Shown here: positions 1 to 15,284 of the stretch, piece after piece | Layout: the number at the start of each line of letters is the position of its first letter | Numbering within the stretch: position 1 is the first letter of the stretch | Assembly: GCF_009914755.1 (NCBI RefSeq) | Contig: NC_060931.1 | DNA: 64,000 nt | From: the human T2T-CHM13v2.0 reference genome, Homo sapiens | Direction: 5' to 3' (one strand) | Position numbers and translations under genes: made by a program | Notes under the pieces: model-generated | Told to the model about the DNA's origin: nothing | The model's database searches: none | The model's input: the letters and a program-made list of their open reading frames with translations, nothing else

Positions 1-879
1 CCGCTTTGCTCTTTCTGATCCATTGCCAAGTTACCAGCGCACAGAGTTCTTTTGAAAGTAGGAGATCTTCAATTAAACACATTTTGAAATTGCAGAGAGA
101 TTTAGTTATGCAGCTCCAAGCTGCTTCATTGTAACAAAGGTCACACTGTACATAAAGCTGGATGGCTTATGGTTCCAGTTCACTGTGAACGAACACAGGG
201 ATGGCTTGTCCTTTAATGCCACTTATCAGAAGTCTCAGCAGGCCTAGGGACCATAGGGTGGCATTGCAGCATTAACTTGTTTTTGCCTTTCTGGAATGCA
301 AAAGCTGCTGTGACCCTTCACCCCATGAAAGCAGGGCATCAGCCCGTTCCCTCGGCTCTTCCTGGAGGCTGCACTTGCTCTCCAAACAGCTGCTCCTCTA
401 GGTCTGCAATGGAAATCCAGGCTTGCTCTTACCCCCCTTCCTCCAGTCATCTCTACCCCTTTCCACCCTTCTTAAATTCCATTTTACAACACACAAAGCA
501 AGATAGCCTTTGTTAAAAAGTTTAATGTTCTTAATTAGTTGAATCGGTTGGGCTAATTAGAATACCAATTAGAACTGGCAGGGCTATCGTTAATTTGAAA
601 GTGCTGTGGTCTAGTGTTAATCGCTATTAAACCTTAGAGTTTGTGAAAGATAGAGAGGATGAATTCACAAAATACTATTTTAAATGTTAAAGGTCTGTGG
701 TCAGAAGGATCCTGCCTGACAGTGAGTATTCTAGGGACGCATAAACCACAGAGATGGTGCAGTTGTCGAAGACTTGGGTGCTGCAAGGGGCATAAGTGCC
801 TCCGTTTTCAAAAAATGTTAAAAAGTCTGAAATGTGTTTTGCTAAAATAGCCCACCAAATAGACTAATGATCTGGAATG

Positions 880-1217
<338 letters not shown>

Positions 1218-1955
1218 GTGTTTAAGTTACCAGGGTGCAAAAAAATTTCTGCTGTTTCCAGAGCTGTGTGTCACCTTTGACTTATTACTTCCCAAGTATA
1301 AGGAGCAATCCACACAACTAAACCTCTTTTATTTCTGGCCACTGTCTGAATAAGAAATTAGAAACAACAACGAAGTCTTTGCACCAAATCTTCATATTGG
1401 GGCTTGCAGGTGTGAAAGTCTTTATATTTTCATGTCTCATTTGGAGATGATTAAATGGATAAACAAGTCCTAATTTGTTTTCAGAGGAATATAAAAATCC
1501 TTCTTCATTTCCTCAACAAGCAAATATGGAATGGACAATTACAACTATTCTTACCGTGCATCCTCTGAGTTCTGACTTTATTTTTCCTCTATTCCAGTGA
1601 TAAAGACAGAAGGTATTACCATCTACTATCCTTGCTGGTATCTTCTCAGTATATCTGATAATTTTCCAGAAAATAAACCATGCAGTTTATAGAAAACAAA
1701 TATAAACATATATTTCATCATATGTATTATGGCATAGTTAGAAAATAAGAAATCTATCTTTTTAGATGGTGAATTGCTTTACAAAGGATATAAAAATGTT
1801 CAGTTCAATTGCTACCTTAGATCTTCTTGGAGGTAAATTTAAAACAGACAGACAGAGCAACAAATACATAAATGACTCAGCGATTACCAGTGTAGTATGA
1901 TGTGTGGACAAAAACTTGCAGGAAGGAAAAAGGGTTTATAACCCAGAATCTTCCC

Positions 1956-1958
<3 letters not shown>

Positions 1959-2008
<50 letters not shown>
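1959..2008. repeat. (GT)25 microsatellite
   Basis: Perfect dinucleotide run followed by a G9 tract. Confidence 0.98.
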
Positions 2009-2011
<3 letters not shown>

Positions 2012-2427
2012 GGGGGGGGGTGTGTTTTAACGAAACGTGGTGACATTAATATCAAGGATACTAGATTGAAGTAACATTTCAGTGAAGTTCCAGGTAGTCT
2101 TATCAAAATTGATTTTACCTTAATCAAATGCTACTGCATTGTAGGTGCTATGCTAGATGCGTGCCTAGGCACAGGAGAACATGATTAGGGTTCACTTAGG
2201 AAGACTGCATTAATGATAGTAGAAAAATTAAACAAAATAATATTTGATAAAGAACCAAAATAAAGACTTGTGTCCTTTGAATGTGGGTTCCAGTATCACA
2301 TTAAGCATTGTGCCTTCCCACTAATTTTTTTTACCTTGGTTTTTAATCCTGCTCACCAGTTCCAATTCTTTCAGGGCTGTTAGTTAAATGAAAGCTTTAA
2401 GTTATGGTTAAAAATTACATTCAGGCA

Positions 2428-2721
<294 letters not shown>

Positions 2722-3069
2722 TTTGTGAATAATAAGTGTTTCTCGTAAAATGATAAGGAATTAAAATTTTAACATTGATTGAGCAATTGTTAAACACCAG
2801 GAACTCTTCTTATGCAAAGCACTGAGAGAGGAAAAAATCCAAAACAAATGAACTCTATGGTTCCCTAATCCTAACCCTAAACCTAATCCCAAGTAAGAGT
2901 TCAAACTGGGGACTACACTGATCCACTGGTCATTTTAGTTTTCTCTCATTTTACTCAACTCATTTTGAGTTACACATTTCCTCGTGTGTGTTTTGTAGTT
3001 GCTTTTTTTTTCTTGTAGGCAACTCCCTAGATGAATTTATTCTCTAATCAAACCATAAATCCCTTTTTT

Positions 3070-3400
3070 AATTCATTCATGCAGTAATTCAACAAGCATT
3101 ATTTATCATCTACTATGTACCAGGTAGTGTGCTAGGCTATGGGATACAAAGATGCAAATATAAGATAGCTATGTCCAAAAAGTTTTCAGTCTAAGAAGTG
3201 AAGTAAAAATCTCCAGAAATGGCTGTAAGACTTCCTGGCAAGCAGTGTGTCAGGGTCAAGAACAAGGTGCCTGGGAGGTCAAAGGATGGAGGAAGGAACT
3301 TGCTCTGTGGTCAGTAAGAGAGGTGAGGTCAGGGTGAAGTTTGAAGGACAGGTAGGACAACTATGGGATGGTACCTCTTGGAATATACAGTGCAGAGTCC
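3070..3400 (-). mobile_element. L2 3' fragment
   Basis: ATTCATTCA..CAACAAGCATTATTTAT..CTACTATGTACCAGG matches the reverse complement of the L2 3' end. Confidence 0.7.
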
Positions 3401-4539
3401 CTAGCTTAGGGTTTAGTGCGATGCGAGGCGTTTCATGTCATTTGGACCTGGGCAATATAATGCAAAGGAAGAGATGCCACAACTCCGAAGTTGTTAAGAG
3501 AAGGGCGTGTTTATGTTCTTTCTAAAATCTCTCCAGATCCTGAAGAAATGAAGTGATCCACAACATATCTAATTTCATACTTTAGAGAGTTATTTTATAA
3601 ATTAACAAACTTCAGTGGTAATTTTTCATCTGCAAAGAATCTATTGCATTGAGTCAATATGACATATTTTCGAAATTTTCTTTTGGCATCTATAAAGGGT
3701 ATATAAACATCAAGGAAAGTAATACAATTAATTTCATTTTTAGAAAGAATGTTAAGAGAACAAATGATAATAATTTTATTTCTCTTTGGAACTGACTTTA
3801 GACTAAACATATTCCTTATTACTAAAGAAAGCATTCATACTAAGTCAGACTCTCTCCTAATTTGATGTGAATTCTTAACTTGAAAATAGATCCAGTGAAG
3901 TCAAATCAAGAAACCATTTCTCATTTTCCCCCAACCTCCTTGAACATTTTTGAGCAAATCCCTCATTTTACTATGGGTGCTGGATGTTTGTTATTTGATG
4001 TCTGTGTATCTGCATGTCTGTGTGTATATTTATAGTTTATCTGCCCTGTGTCATTCTGTAGAAAGGGATTCACTCAGTCAACTGGATATGAGAGATTTGA
4101 GCTCAGTAATCAGCTGGAGGAACAAAGAGACTGCAATCAGGAGAAGCCCCTGAAGGGAAGGTAGTCTACTCATGAGAGTCCCCTGAGGGTCCTCATCAGC
4201 ACTAGAGAACTGTTTTGACAGAACCACTGAATTGGGTGCAGGAGTCAAATTCCTGGGACATCAAACCAGGACAGATTTTCTGCTCGTCCACAAACAACAG
4301 AGACCCCTCTGCCTTTAGGGAATAGGAGGAGCCTGCTCTCAGGGGTGCAATGGCTTCCAGGGTTGGTTGGAATAACTTGCTGTAGGCAAAAGGGCAAGGA
4401 ACATTGAGTAGCAGAAATGGAAGCAAATAATTTATTATTTTTTTTAAATTGCAAACCCTGATGTCTGGCCCCAGATATTTGAGCATATTCTCCATTCTTC
4501 TAACAAAAGAAACACACATGCTTATTCCACCCTTTTCCG

Positions 4540-4990
4540 CCTCATCTGGCAGCCGCTTTCTGGTCCAGCAGACACTAACATCTAATGAGTCAAACTTCTC
4601 ATTTTCAGACTAATCAGTCGGCTGCACTAATTGCAAATGCAAATATGCAAATTTATATTAATTAATTACTCTGCTAATTAGTTCTGCGGTCTTTTTTGGG
4701 TAATAAATCATTGTGCAGTGGAAGGGAAACAAGTCCTGTCCCATTTCACTCCACATAAAAATTTAATGTACTCATGGAAGAAAGTATATTAAAAAAGAGG
4801 AAAGCATGAGCTGATCACTGTGCTTCCACTGACGAGTCCTCTACAGAAAGGTGCAATTCTGCGAGGGCTTTCACATCTTCTGCAAATGCCATCACTAAGG
4901 TGCCTGTTAGCAATTTAATTATCACATTATGAGCTTTAGAAAAAGCCAGTCTGCTGTGCTGCAGGCTGTGACGTGGAGCTCGGCAGTTCA
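4540..4990. promoter_or_regulatory. candidate enhancer (tandem octamer / homeodomain / PBX-HOX / SOX cluster)
   Basis: ATGCAAAT twice in tandem at 4637-4652, multiple TAATTA, TGATTTATTA on minus at 4701-4710, CATTGT at 4709-4714, in repeat-free DNA; motif evidence only. Confidence 0.45.
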
Positions 4991-5394
4991 CCCACTTTGC
5001 AGCAAAACACTTATAAATAAAATGAGAATATAGAGAGGGAATCAAATTTCTTTGCTGGAACACGATAGCTTGGGAACAAATGTTTTCAGGGTTCCTTGTT
5101 GCTGTTGTTATTGTTTTAAGTTACAGTTATCATCTTGCTCTTCATGACCTTGGAGTAAAAGTTTTTATCATGTTTGGGATGCATTGAAGGGGTGTGTAAT
5201 GGTAGGAGGGGGTTGGAAACAGAGAGGTGAGGAGTTGCTGGTATAAGAGGGAGGAAACAGTCTTTCACAATAGCTAGCAGTGATGCATACTCAGATTTAT
5301 TTATTCCATAAATTCTTGTTGGAGACTTACTATGTTCCCAGCTGCCCACCGTGGGGGATGGTGTGACATGCATGTGATGTGTGAGAAACATTTC

Positions 5395-5520
5395 TCCCAA
5401 TTAGACTGTGGATTTTCTGAGGATAAGATGCTAAGTCTCGTTTACTTCTGTGTTCCTAGCTCTTTGCCCAGATAGAATATTCCACAATGAATGGATGAAT
5501 ATATGAATGAAAGAGTGAAT
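5395..5520 (+). mobile_element. L2 3' end
   Basis: TTAGACTGTG..TTCCTAGC..GAATGGATGAAT..GAATGAA. Confidence 0.6.
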
Positions 5521-5547
5521 GGCTGCAGCCTTCAAAAATCTCGTCTA

Positions 5548-5930
<383 letters not shown>

Positions 5931-6159
5931 AGTTTAGGAGATGAGAGGAGTGAGAATGTGGTGGTTCAGATTTAAATCCTCACATGTTAAATGTCTCTTC
6001 ATTTCCCTCCTTCACTTTCCTTTTCTCTAAAAGTAACGTCTACTTCACTTCCTCGTGGTCTTGCCTTACTATTGGGGCATGTGATGTTTGAGCAATAAGA
6101 GGAAACTGCTATCCTTACAGCTGGGCAACTTGCCCTCAATCTCCGGCTTGCCCCTCTCC

Positions 6160-6250
6160 TGGTTTTGTGATTTTGAGCAAATTATTTAACCTCCTCAAGT
6201 CAGTTTCCTTATCTGTAAAAGCAAGAGGAATGAGTGTATCAAGAATGGTG
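6160..6250 (+). mobile_element. MIR core
   Basis: TGTGATTTTGAGCAAATTATTTAACCTC..CAGTTTCCTTATCTGTAAAA. Confidence 0.7.
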
Positions 6251-6334
6251 TGGTGGAGACAGGGCTCTGCAGCCAGGCAGCTCAGCACTGGTTTCTCACC
6301 CCGCAACTGCTCTCTTCATGGCTTTAGGTCTTCA

Positions 6335-7240
<906 letters not shown>

Positions 7241-7254
7241 CCTCCCGACACCCT

Positions 7255-7390
7255 TGCTTGGGCAAGTTCTCTAAATCTTGGTTCCTTAGTGTTCTTATCT
7301 ACAAAGTGGGGATAATAATGCTGCAGTCCTCATAGGGAGGTTGTGAGGAATAAATGAGATCATTCATGAAGAATCCTTAGCATTGTCATG
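7255..7390 (+). mobile_element. MIR
   Basis: TTGGGCAAGTT..GGGGATAATAAT..GGTTGTGAGGAATAAATGAGA. Confidence 0.8.
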
Positions 7391-9699
7391 TGTTACTGTC
7401 TTCAGCATTTTCATTATTGTTCTCATTTTCACCACTGTGTATAATTATTTTGAGGGTAAAAGGAAATCACCATTGTGAAAGCACTGTGTATAGGGCTTTA
7501 CAAATATTAGTCATCAATAAGAACCATTATGCTTTTCCTTCTTTGTGCATAGGAATATTCCTCAAGTGTCTTTGAAGTTTTCTGAAGTTTCAGAACTGTC
7601 CACGTATATAACACATTTAACAATAGGAACAACGATTAACTTCATTCCCCCAAATTAATCAAGTGCCCAAAGTGCAGAATAGGAAAAAGAAAGAGGCGTG
7701 GATGATGGAAAGTGAGAAGACAAACCAAGGAATTAAACTGAAGGAGACAATAAGGGCAAGAGAACCAGGGTTGGGGAAAAGGGAACATGCAGTAACCAGA
7801 GCAAATGGCCAGCTGGATTGTGGGGCACAAAAGTGAGAGGTGGAACCAAGGTCCAAGAGCAGGAGAGCTTCCAGCTGAGAAGGTGGCTGACAGGCTGAGC
7901 TAAGTACTTGGTTAGCCTAGAGTGTGCCCAAATCCTCACTCCCTCTCTGGATAATACTGCCATTGTGTGACCAGCTAGGAGGCTCCCTTCTGTTTCTTCT
8001 TTCCACTCTATGCAGGAGTTGATTCCAGGGCTCTTATTTCATCTTCTTTCTCTACTCTCCTTAAACTTTCCTTCCTGAGTCCAGTCTCCCCCAAAGTTTC
8101 AACAGCCACTGACTACTTCAAGGTAACTGGCCACTGGGTGTTTTAGCACCATGTTTGCGGTCACCTACTGAACTTTTGAAAGCCATTCTTACATGATCTG
8201 TGTTCATTTCCAGCACAACTTACCTAAAGCCAAACTCATCTCTCTGAAATGCCTTTTCTTTCTCATTATATTTCAGTGTATGCTAATAAACTGTAAGTGA
8301 TATATTCCTTGGTATATACCTTGTTTGCAAAGACAGTGCTGCCAGGTCACGTGTGCTCAATAAGTGCCTGTGGATCAAAGATCAAAGAGTGTTTTCCATG
8401 CCCCTGCCCCCATCTTTCTCAGTGAAGCTTACTTCTATTTTATATTTTGATATGAACATAATTTGGAGATTATTTTCTCAAAGATAAAACAAAGTAAACA
8501 TCTTTCCAGTGTTCCATGGTTTGTGCTGGATGACTAACATTTCTTCACTTGAATCCTCCAGGCTGCTGGTCTAGGAACAGCACTGGGAAGAGCCTGTGAG
8601 GACCTTCTGTGGGTTTATGTGCATGGGAGATTTCCTTTTCCTCCACTCTGCGGGGCATACGGCTGTGCTCTGCAGAGTCCAAAAGGGGGAGCTTCGCTGA
8701 TTACTTCTTTAATGTGAGAGTATGAGAGAGCTGATTACCTTAGATCATAATTAGACTGATAGAAGTGAACAGTGATGCAAATTTTAAAAATACAAATGAG
8801 TATGGCTCAAACCCTGGTGAACCGAATCTTTACAATTCCATTTAAAACCCCAAAATAAATGTCATTACTAACTGTTTTGTGAAGGTGAAGTGGAAAAAAA
8901 TATAAATTTGTTTCTTTAGATAATTAATTAAAAACCCTGTGCCACATGTAAGATGTTTGTATCTGAGTCATGTTTTTCTAGCAAAAATATATTTTTCAAT
9001 AGATTATTTTTCCTAACCAATGTTTTAAATAGGAGAATACTGAGTTTTATGTTTGTTTTGGTCTCACATTTCCCAGCAATCATCTGTAGTTAAAGGACGA
9101 TGCCAGTGAGTTGAGGTTGAATATTCCATGTCCAAAATGACCAGATGACATATCCTAAGAACTTGTCTTCTGTACATCCGCACTGTGGCCACCTCTTCTA
9201 AAAACATGTGCTACTGGATATGAGAAGAAATATATTAGGTTTTCAGGAAAAGCAGTTTAAAATTCATGCCCTTTTAAAACATATTATTTCGTATTCATGT
9301 TTTAGCATGAAGAAAAATAAAAACTCCAAACTCATCAAATATGTGCAATTTGTATATATCAATTATATCACAATAAAGCCTTATAAAAAGAAAAATAAAC
9401 ATTAGCCTTAATCTTACAATGCAACGATGACGACTATAAACATTTGGGCTGTACCCTTTTAAACGTTTATCCATAACTCTATCTAGAGCTCTAAGTATCT
9501 GCATACATACATACTTCTCTCTACAGACCTGTCTCTGACACCCTGGTGTTTGCATTGATGCTGCAGCTCTACCAGTTATTTAAGACTTGTTCTGATTGAC
9601 TAGAGTCAGTGTTGTACAGGTGATACATACTTTGAATATCACCTGGTATCTGTTCAACAAAAGTGGTGTCAGCCTCTCCATACTGGTTTGTTGTGTGTG

Positions 9700-12300
9700 T
9701 GCGTATGTGTGTGGGTGCATGTGTTTGTCACTTACTGGTGTCATTGTTTCAAAATGCACATCATTTTTAAGGCTACGGAGTATTCAGTTGTGCTGATATT
9801 CTATAATTTATCCAACTAGTCCCATGTTATGGGGCATTTTGAATTGTTTTCAATTCGATTATTTGGTATTTATATATCATCCTATTTTGGTTTTAATCTT
9901 CATTTTTACTTTGTTATTTTTGTTGCTAACATCTCTTTCCACCAATGGTTTGAAAGGGCTGTAGAGTTCTTATTGTTCTCTAGTGGTCATTACAATTTTA
10001 CTGAAAATATTTGAATCAGTCATTGTCTATCAGCATTAGGATTTTTTTTAACATTAGGATTTAATTCAATTCTGCTAATTTCCCCACCCCTACTTTTCCT
10101 GGCTTTTACTGTCACCTTTTATCTCCAATTGTCAGTTGATGTTTAAATAATTTGGGGCTTTCAGATTCATTTCTTGAAATAAAATTTGTATCTCTTCTTC
10201 CAAGAATAATGCTTGACATTTGCATTGTTTATAATTATGTTAGTGGTTATTTAGCTATTAACTCTGAACTTTATGGTTTTCATCGCTCATTGTCATTTCT
10301 TTCAAACAACATTTTATATACATTTAAATTCTTTATTTTGGTACCTTTGTCAATGAACTGAAATACTGAACCAGGGTATTTCCCTGACTCCCTTGCAGAA
10401 CTAGCGACAGGGTTGTCTTATTTACTCAGCCCGCTGCTCTCAAGTCCTCACGGTAGGGAGCAGGTGAGCGAATGAAGCGGGAACTGGAGTGCACAAGCAC
10501 TGGAATTGGCCAGCCACTTCAGTGCCAGTGGGATCAAACTCCACTCACTCAGACCTACTGCGTTCCACCCACCGTGGGAGGGAGTGCACAGGTGAGTGGA
10601 TGCAGGAGCTGGAGCAAGTGCTTTTGGGTGCTGGCAGGAGCAAATTACATGCAGGCCCTGCCGCAGCGTCAAGGCAGGGTGTCTGCGACTCTGGAAGCCC
10701 CAGAGGGCATGTTACAGTGCCCTTTTAGCTCTGTCATCCGTGGACGGCTTAAGTATGAACAGTCAGTGAGCCCTCTGCCCTTTCACATGAGGCAGCTGCC
10801 CTCTGCCATTGAGGGCAAAGGGCCAGTGTAGCAGCCTTTTGTATCCACACTTGTGTCCCCTGAGCTCTTGTCCAGCATCCAGGAGAAAAGAAGTCGCACG
10901 AATAAACTGAAGGATGCTAAATGCAGGGAATTTTATTGCCAGTGAAAGTGGCTGTCAGTGGGAAGGGGAGCTGAAAAGGAGACAGGAGGTAGGTAATCTT
11001 CCCCTGGAGTCCGGCCGTTTCTGGCTGGATTCTTTTCCCGAGTTATGCCATCAAGCTGTCCCTCTGAAGTCAAGCCGCTTCTATCCAATGTCCAGCCATA
11101 GTCCCTGTCATCCAGCTGTTTCTCCTCTCTGCTGGCTGAGCCTGGGGTCTTTACAGGCACAGGATGCCGGGTGGGGCAGGCTATGTGTAATTTAGGAAAA
11201 GGCAACATTCAAGCAGGAAAACAGGGATAGAAGTTTTCACTTTAAGCAGCAGTTTCAGGCCTTTCGGTTTGAAGGTGGGGTTTTGTCAAGGACCTGCCCT
11301 TTTCTGCCTAGAACTTCTCTGCCCCCTGTTCATATTAATACTTTTGTGAGGACATTTTTCAGAAAGCATAGGTGAATGATAAACACTTTTAGCCCTTGCA
11401 TGTCAGAAAAAAAAGCTTTCTCTTGTCTTCAAACACGATTTAAGTTTTTCTTCAAATTATTTTTACATATTTCTCCCAATTATTTTCTGGGTTTGAGTTT
11501 TAATCTGATTTTTTTAAAACTAGATTACCTTTAACAACAGCAACAGAAAATCACCGATGTCTGACTATGTATAGGTTGCTTTTCTTTGTCTTTCAAATAC
11601 AACTACGTAAGTAGAATTTGCGTGCTATGTGCCATTCTTCACTATCTGTGTAATGGACCCATGAAACCCAGATGCACCTTGTATTTTTTTTCCTCACAGG
11701 AATCTTTCTGCTGTTATTTTTATATTAGAGAATTGCTTCCTGCATGTTTCTATTTTCTTATATTTTTCTCACCATACTTACGTTGTGTCTTGTGGATCTA
11801 TCATCCATGTCATTGATCTTTCTGCATATCCTGTGTCCCATGTTTGTCCTTTTACGATGAGCTCTGGGAGAAGCTCAAAAGCTGGATTTTCAATTCATGA
11901 ATTCAGTTTTCTGCACTTTCTATTCTGCTGTTTACCACTTCACTTGCATTTTTATATTTGAAAATTCTATTTTTCACCTGAAAGCATCCACTCCTGGAAG
12001 TAGATTTTTCTTTTGCAGAGAGGCAATGCTGAAATATACCAAATTTAGAGTGCAACTCCAAAAATACAGTTTTTAAGTTTCTTGCCATTAATCTATATTG
12101 TTTTGGGAAATTGACTCTGCTACTTCTTTGGGTCAAGTGAATCTTTTCACATGTCTAGTGAATTTTCACCCTTGCGGGTGGGAGCAGAGATGGATGCTTG
12201 TTTATTTTAAAGTGTTGTTATGGCATTGTTGGCAATTTTATAAATCCCTCTTCACATGTATTTTAGTTCCAGACAAAAAAGAAATGAAAGCAGCTTATCT
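9700..12300 (-). mobile_element. ancient L1M/HAL1-like fragments interrupted by an LTR
   Basis: T-rich degenerate sequence; ORF 11903-12136 ends in IFKYKNASEVVNSRIESAEN, resembling the L1 ORF1p coiled coil. Confidence 0.55.
10367..11337 (-). mobile_element. ERV1-class solo LTR (LTR1/LTR27/LTR28/MER52 group, best guess LTR28)
   Basis: Minus strand starts TAATATGAACAGGGGGCAGAGAAGTTCTAGGCAGAAAAGGGC and ends TTCA; 4-bp TSD ATAC at 10363-10366 and 11338-11341; 971 bp. Confidence 0.85.
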
Positions 12301-13379
12301 TTTCTGTGGTTTTATTTTTGGCAGATAAAGGTTCCAGATGCTTGAGAAGAGAGAGTGGGAAATATAGCCAGAAGCGATTTTGCATTCTGGAGCAGCATTT
12401 GCCTGCCCATGGCTCTCTGTTTCACTTAGTACCTGGCCTGCCATGTGCAGCCCAGGCAGCAGCAATGACGCCATTGTCAGCTCCATTCACACTTCCTGAA
12501 GCCACTGGCAGGGTGGTTTTTTTCACCCTGCTGACAGCTGTGTCGCTCACTCCTGCCTAGAGGCCCTAGCTACTCCAGATTAGAGGTGGGAGACAGACCC
12601 CCAGGCCATCATGATCCCTATTAGTGTCATTTATAGTTGCTCCAGGTTGGCTTTGTGCCCCACCTGGCCAAGTACATGCTAAGAGCGAAGAGTGTAGACT
12701 ACAAGCTACACTATTTCATGGCATCATTCAGAAAATTGAGATTTGTTCCTATGGCCGCCCCCCCTTGGCCCCAGCCCCAATGCTTGTCAGTCTGGGGTAT
12801 TCATGGGGTTCTGCTGGTGGTTTGCCTTCTTCACAGGAAAATATATTTTTTCCTGCCGAAAATTTCAGCCTGGGCATTCAATTCCTCAGTCTGGTGGTCG
12901 GCACTATGTCTGTAAAATATTCTATAACATTTCTCGGCTTTAGTGAACAGATTATCACCCATTTTTATTTTCGTAGGAATCGGCATAGTTGGGACACTTA
13001 ACTGAAATGATTGGACCACACTGTGAAGGACATAAAGAGCTATGAAAAATCCCAGCTTTGTTGCTCTACAGAACACAGAAATATCTGAATGAACAAATTC
13101 AGTAAGCCACCCTGATATGTTGTCTCTGCAACATGATCCATTCACCTATATATAGATATTTAGGTTTCTCATTTTCTTCTTGATGTTTGATATCATAAAA
13201 ATATAGACAACATCCATGGATCCTGATGATCAAAAATGTTTTTCTCCAGGTCTTAAGATCGTTTAGTCAGAGGTGCATTTCAATGCAGTTGGTTCATTTC
13301 TGAGCCCTGGGACTCTCTTGTGTGTGTTTGTAGAAGGCATGGAATAACAGTTTGTTTTGCTCTCACCTTCACCTCTCTT

Positions 13380-13900
13380 CTTAAGGCGCAAGCTGAGCTT
13401 TATAGTTCAGAAGTTAAACACATTAGAATATTTATTTAAAGGCAATTGCACTTCCTGCTGTCTGGGTAGCTGGGCTCACCAGGCCACTAGACCCCCAAAT
13501 GTGTATTTGCCTTCTGGTGGCCCAGCCTGCAGGGCCATTGTCTCCCTGTTGTTAGCAAATGGTTTCCTCCACAAGCCTTTTAACTCCACAAGTTTGCAAC
13601 CATTAATTCTTAAGGGTTTTGACAAATCTCCCCAGTTAAATATTAAACAATAAATATGGCCCGGATGGTAACAGTGCATTGTGAAGTCTGTTTGAAGTGT
13701 CCTTTAAAATATTAAATTCAAATAAATGATTGAATCAGAACAAAGGCTATATCTTAAGACAAATTCAGCCAAGTCTCTTTAACCTTTGAGCTTTCAACAT
13801 AGATTAGAAAGCCAGGGCAACGCATGCTTTCATAGCAAATTGAAATGGGATTTTTGAAACAGTTCCTGCAAATACAGGTAACCCATACCTAGGTTTGATC
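13380..13900. promoter_or_regulatory. candidate enhancer (SOX/FOX/PBX motif cluster)
   Basis: CATTGT at 13536 and 13677, TAAACAATAAATA at 13644-13656, TGATTGAATCA at 13727-13737, AGAACAAAGG at 13737-13746; repeat-free. Confidence 0.4.
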
Positions 13901-15284
13901 TGCCTTTGCCATTTTGGGGGAGAGATTTTGCTGCTCATTGTTTGATAAAAATGTGATTTTTTAAAAAGCCCTTATGTTCAAAGAAGCAAATCCTTGAAAA
14001 CGCTAGCTTTGGGTGCTATGTTTATTCCTTGTCAATGTCTTCCATATGAAATCTGTTCTGCTTATAATATCTACCACAGTTGGAGCCTTGAAAAAAATCT
14101 GTTTCATATCTGCCCTTTGTACTTAGCTTATTTTGTTTTATGCTTCCCCCAAGTTATACGTCTGTAAGCTGTCTTTCTTCTAAGCAGGCGGTCCTAGAGG
14201 AGGAGGAATTGGGGGATTGCCCTGCATTTAGGGGAGCCTGGACTTCTAACACATGAATTATACCTTAGGTAGGAAGCAGGTAAAGGAGAAGAAGGTGGAT
14301 TCACCAGCTGGGAAAAAAGATGAGTAAAGCCAAATTCTGCCTCCTTCTCACTCCTACACCCTGTGCGGCTGGTCCAGCACCCGTTGGCTCTTCTCTTGGG
14401 TTTGTGCTCTGCCACAGCGTCCCCATCTGTTCCATCTGTTTCCTCGACACTGCACAACCTCCGGTAGCTCTTGATCCAGCCTGCCCAGAACAATGACTCC
14501 ACATACCCAAGCTTCTTAGAAGAGAGTGTGACACAGTTGGCTACAGGGCATGCACGATAAAGAGACCCTGTTATAATAAACACGGGTTGCTCATTAGGAG
14601 CATATGGTTGACATCGTGGGGGCTGAAAGGTGTGAGCATGTCGAAGACAAAGACACCCATCAAACATCTCTTGAATGAATGCTTGTGGGCTGCAAAGGTT
14701 TCTGAAAGGAGCAGAGTTTCTGCAAATGCACTGCACTCTGGGAGGCCTGTGGGTTTCTGTGCCCACCCTGGTGGGAGGATGCCCCAACACAAGGCAGTTT
14801 GGTCCTCAGCTAATGCCCTATTGTCTGAACGCTGTTTTGATGTAGACCTGTTCCCTGCCCCTTGCTGATGCTCCATCAGGTAGACAGGGATCTCCCTCAC
14901 TTCAGGAATTGACAAAGCAATTGTCTGATGCCGGAGAGGCTAGACATTGTCCAAACCAGCAAAGGGAGCTTTGACATCCAGAGAGAGAGCCTCCCTGAAA
15001 ACCTAGGAATAAGATGCTCTTCTTTCCTCTACAAGAAAGAGAAATATCATCTGATGGGACAGCCCCCATGGTTTCAGCACCACCCGGGAGGGAGCCTAAT
15101 TAGGAGCCTGTTGCTGACTTGCAAGGCTAGACTTCTCCCAGAATCGGGGTCAGGCTGGTCAAAGGCACTATCTGCAGTTCCTGCATGTCCATTCTGTTCA
15201 TGCCACTAGGGGTCCTCATTGGTTTGTTCAGGACAGAGCAAAAGGCAGCTTTTGAGATAGAAACCACCAGAAAGAGGCCTTCAA

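Noticed and set aside
14194-14790. 198-aa minus-strand ORF in unique DNA
   Set aside because: Non-ATG start, no recognisable domain, no supporting exon structure; overlapping ORFs in other frames look equally random
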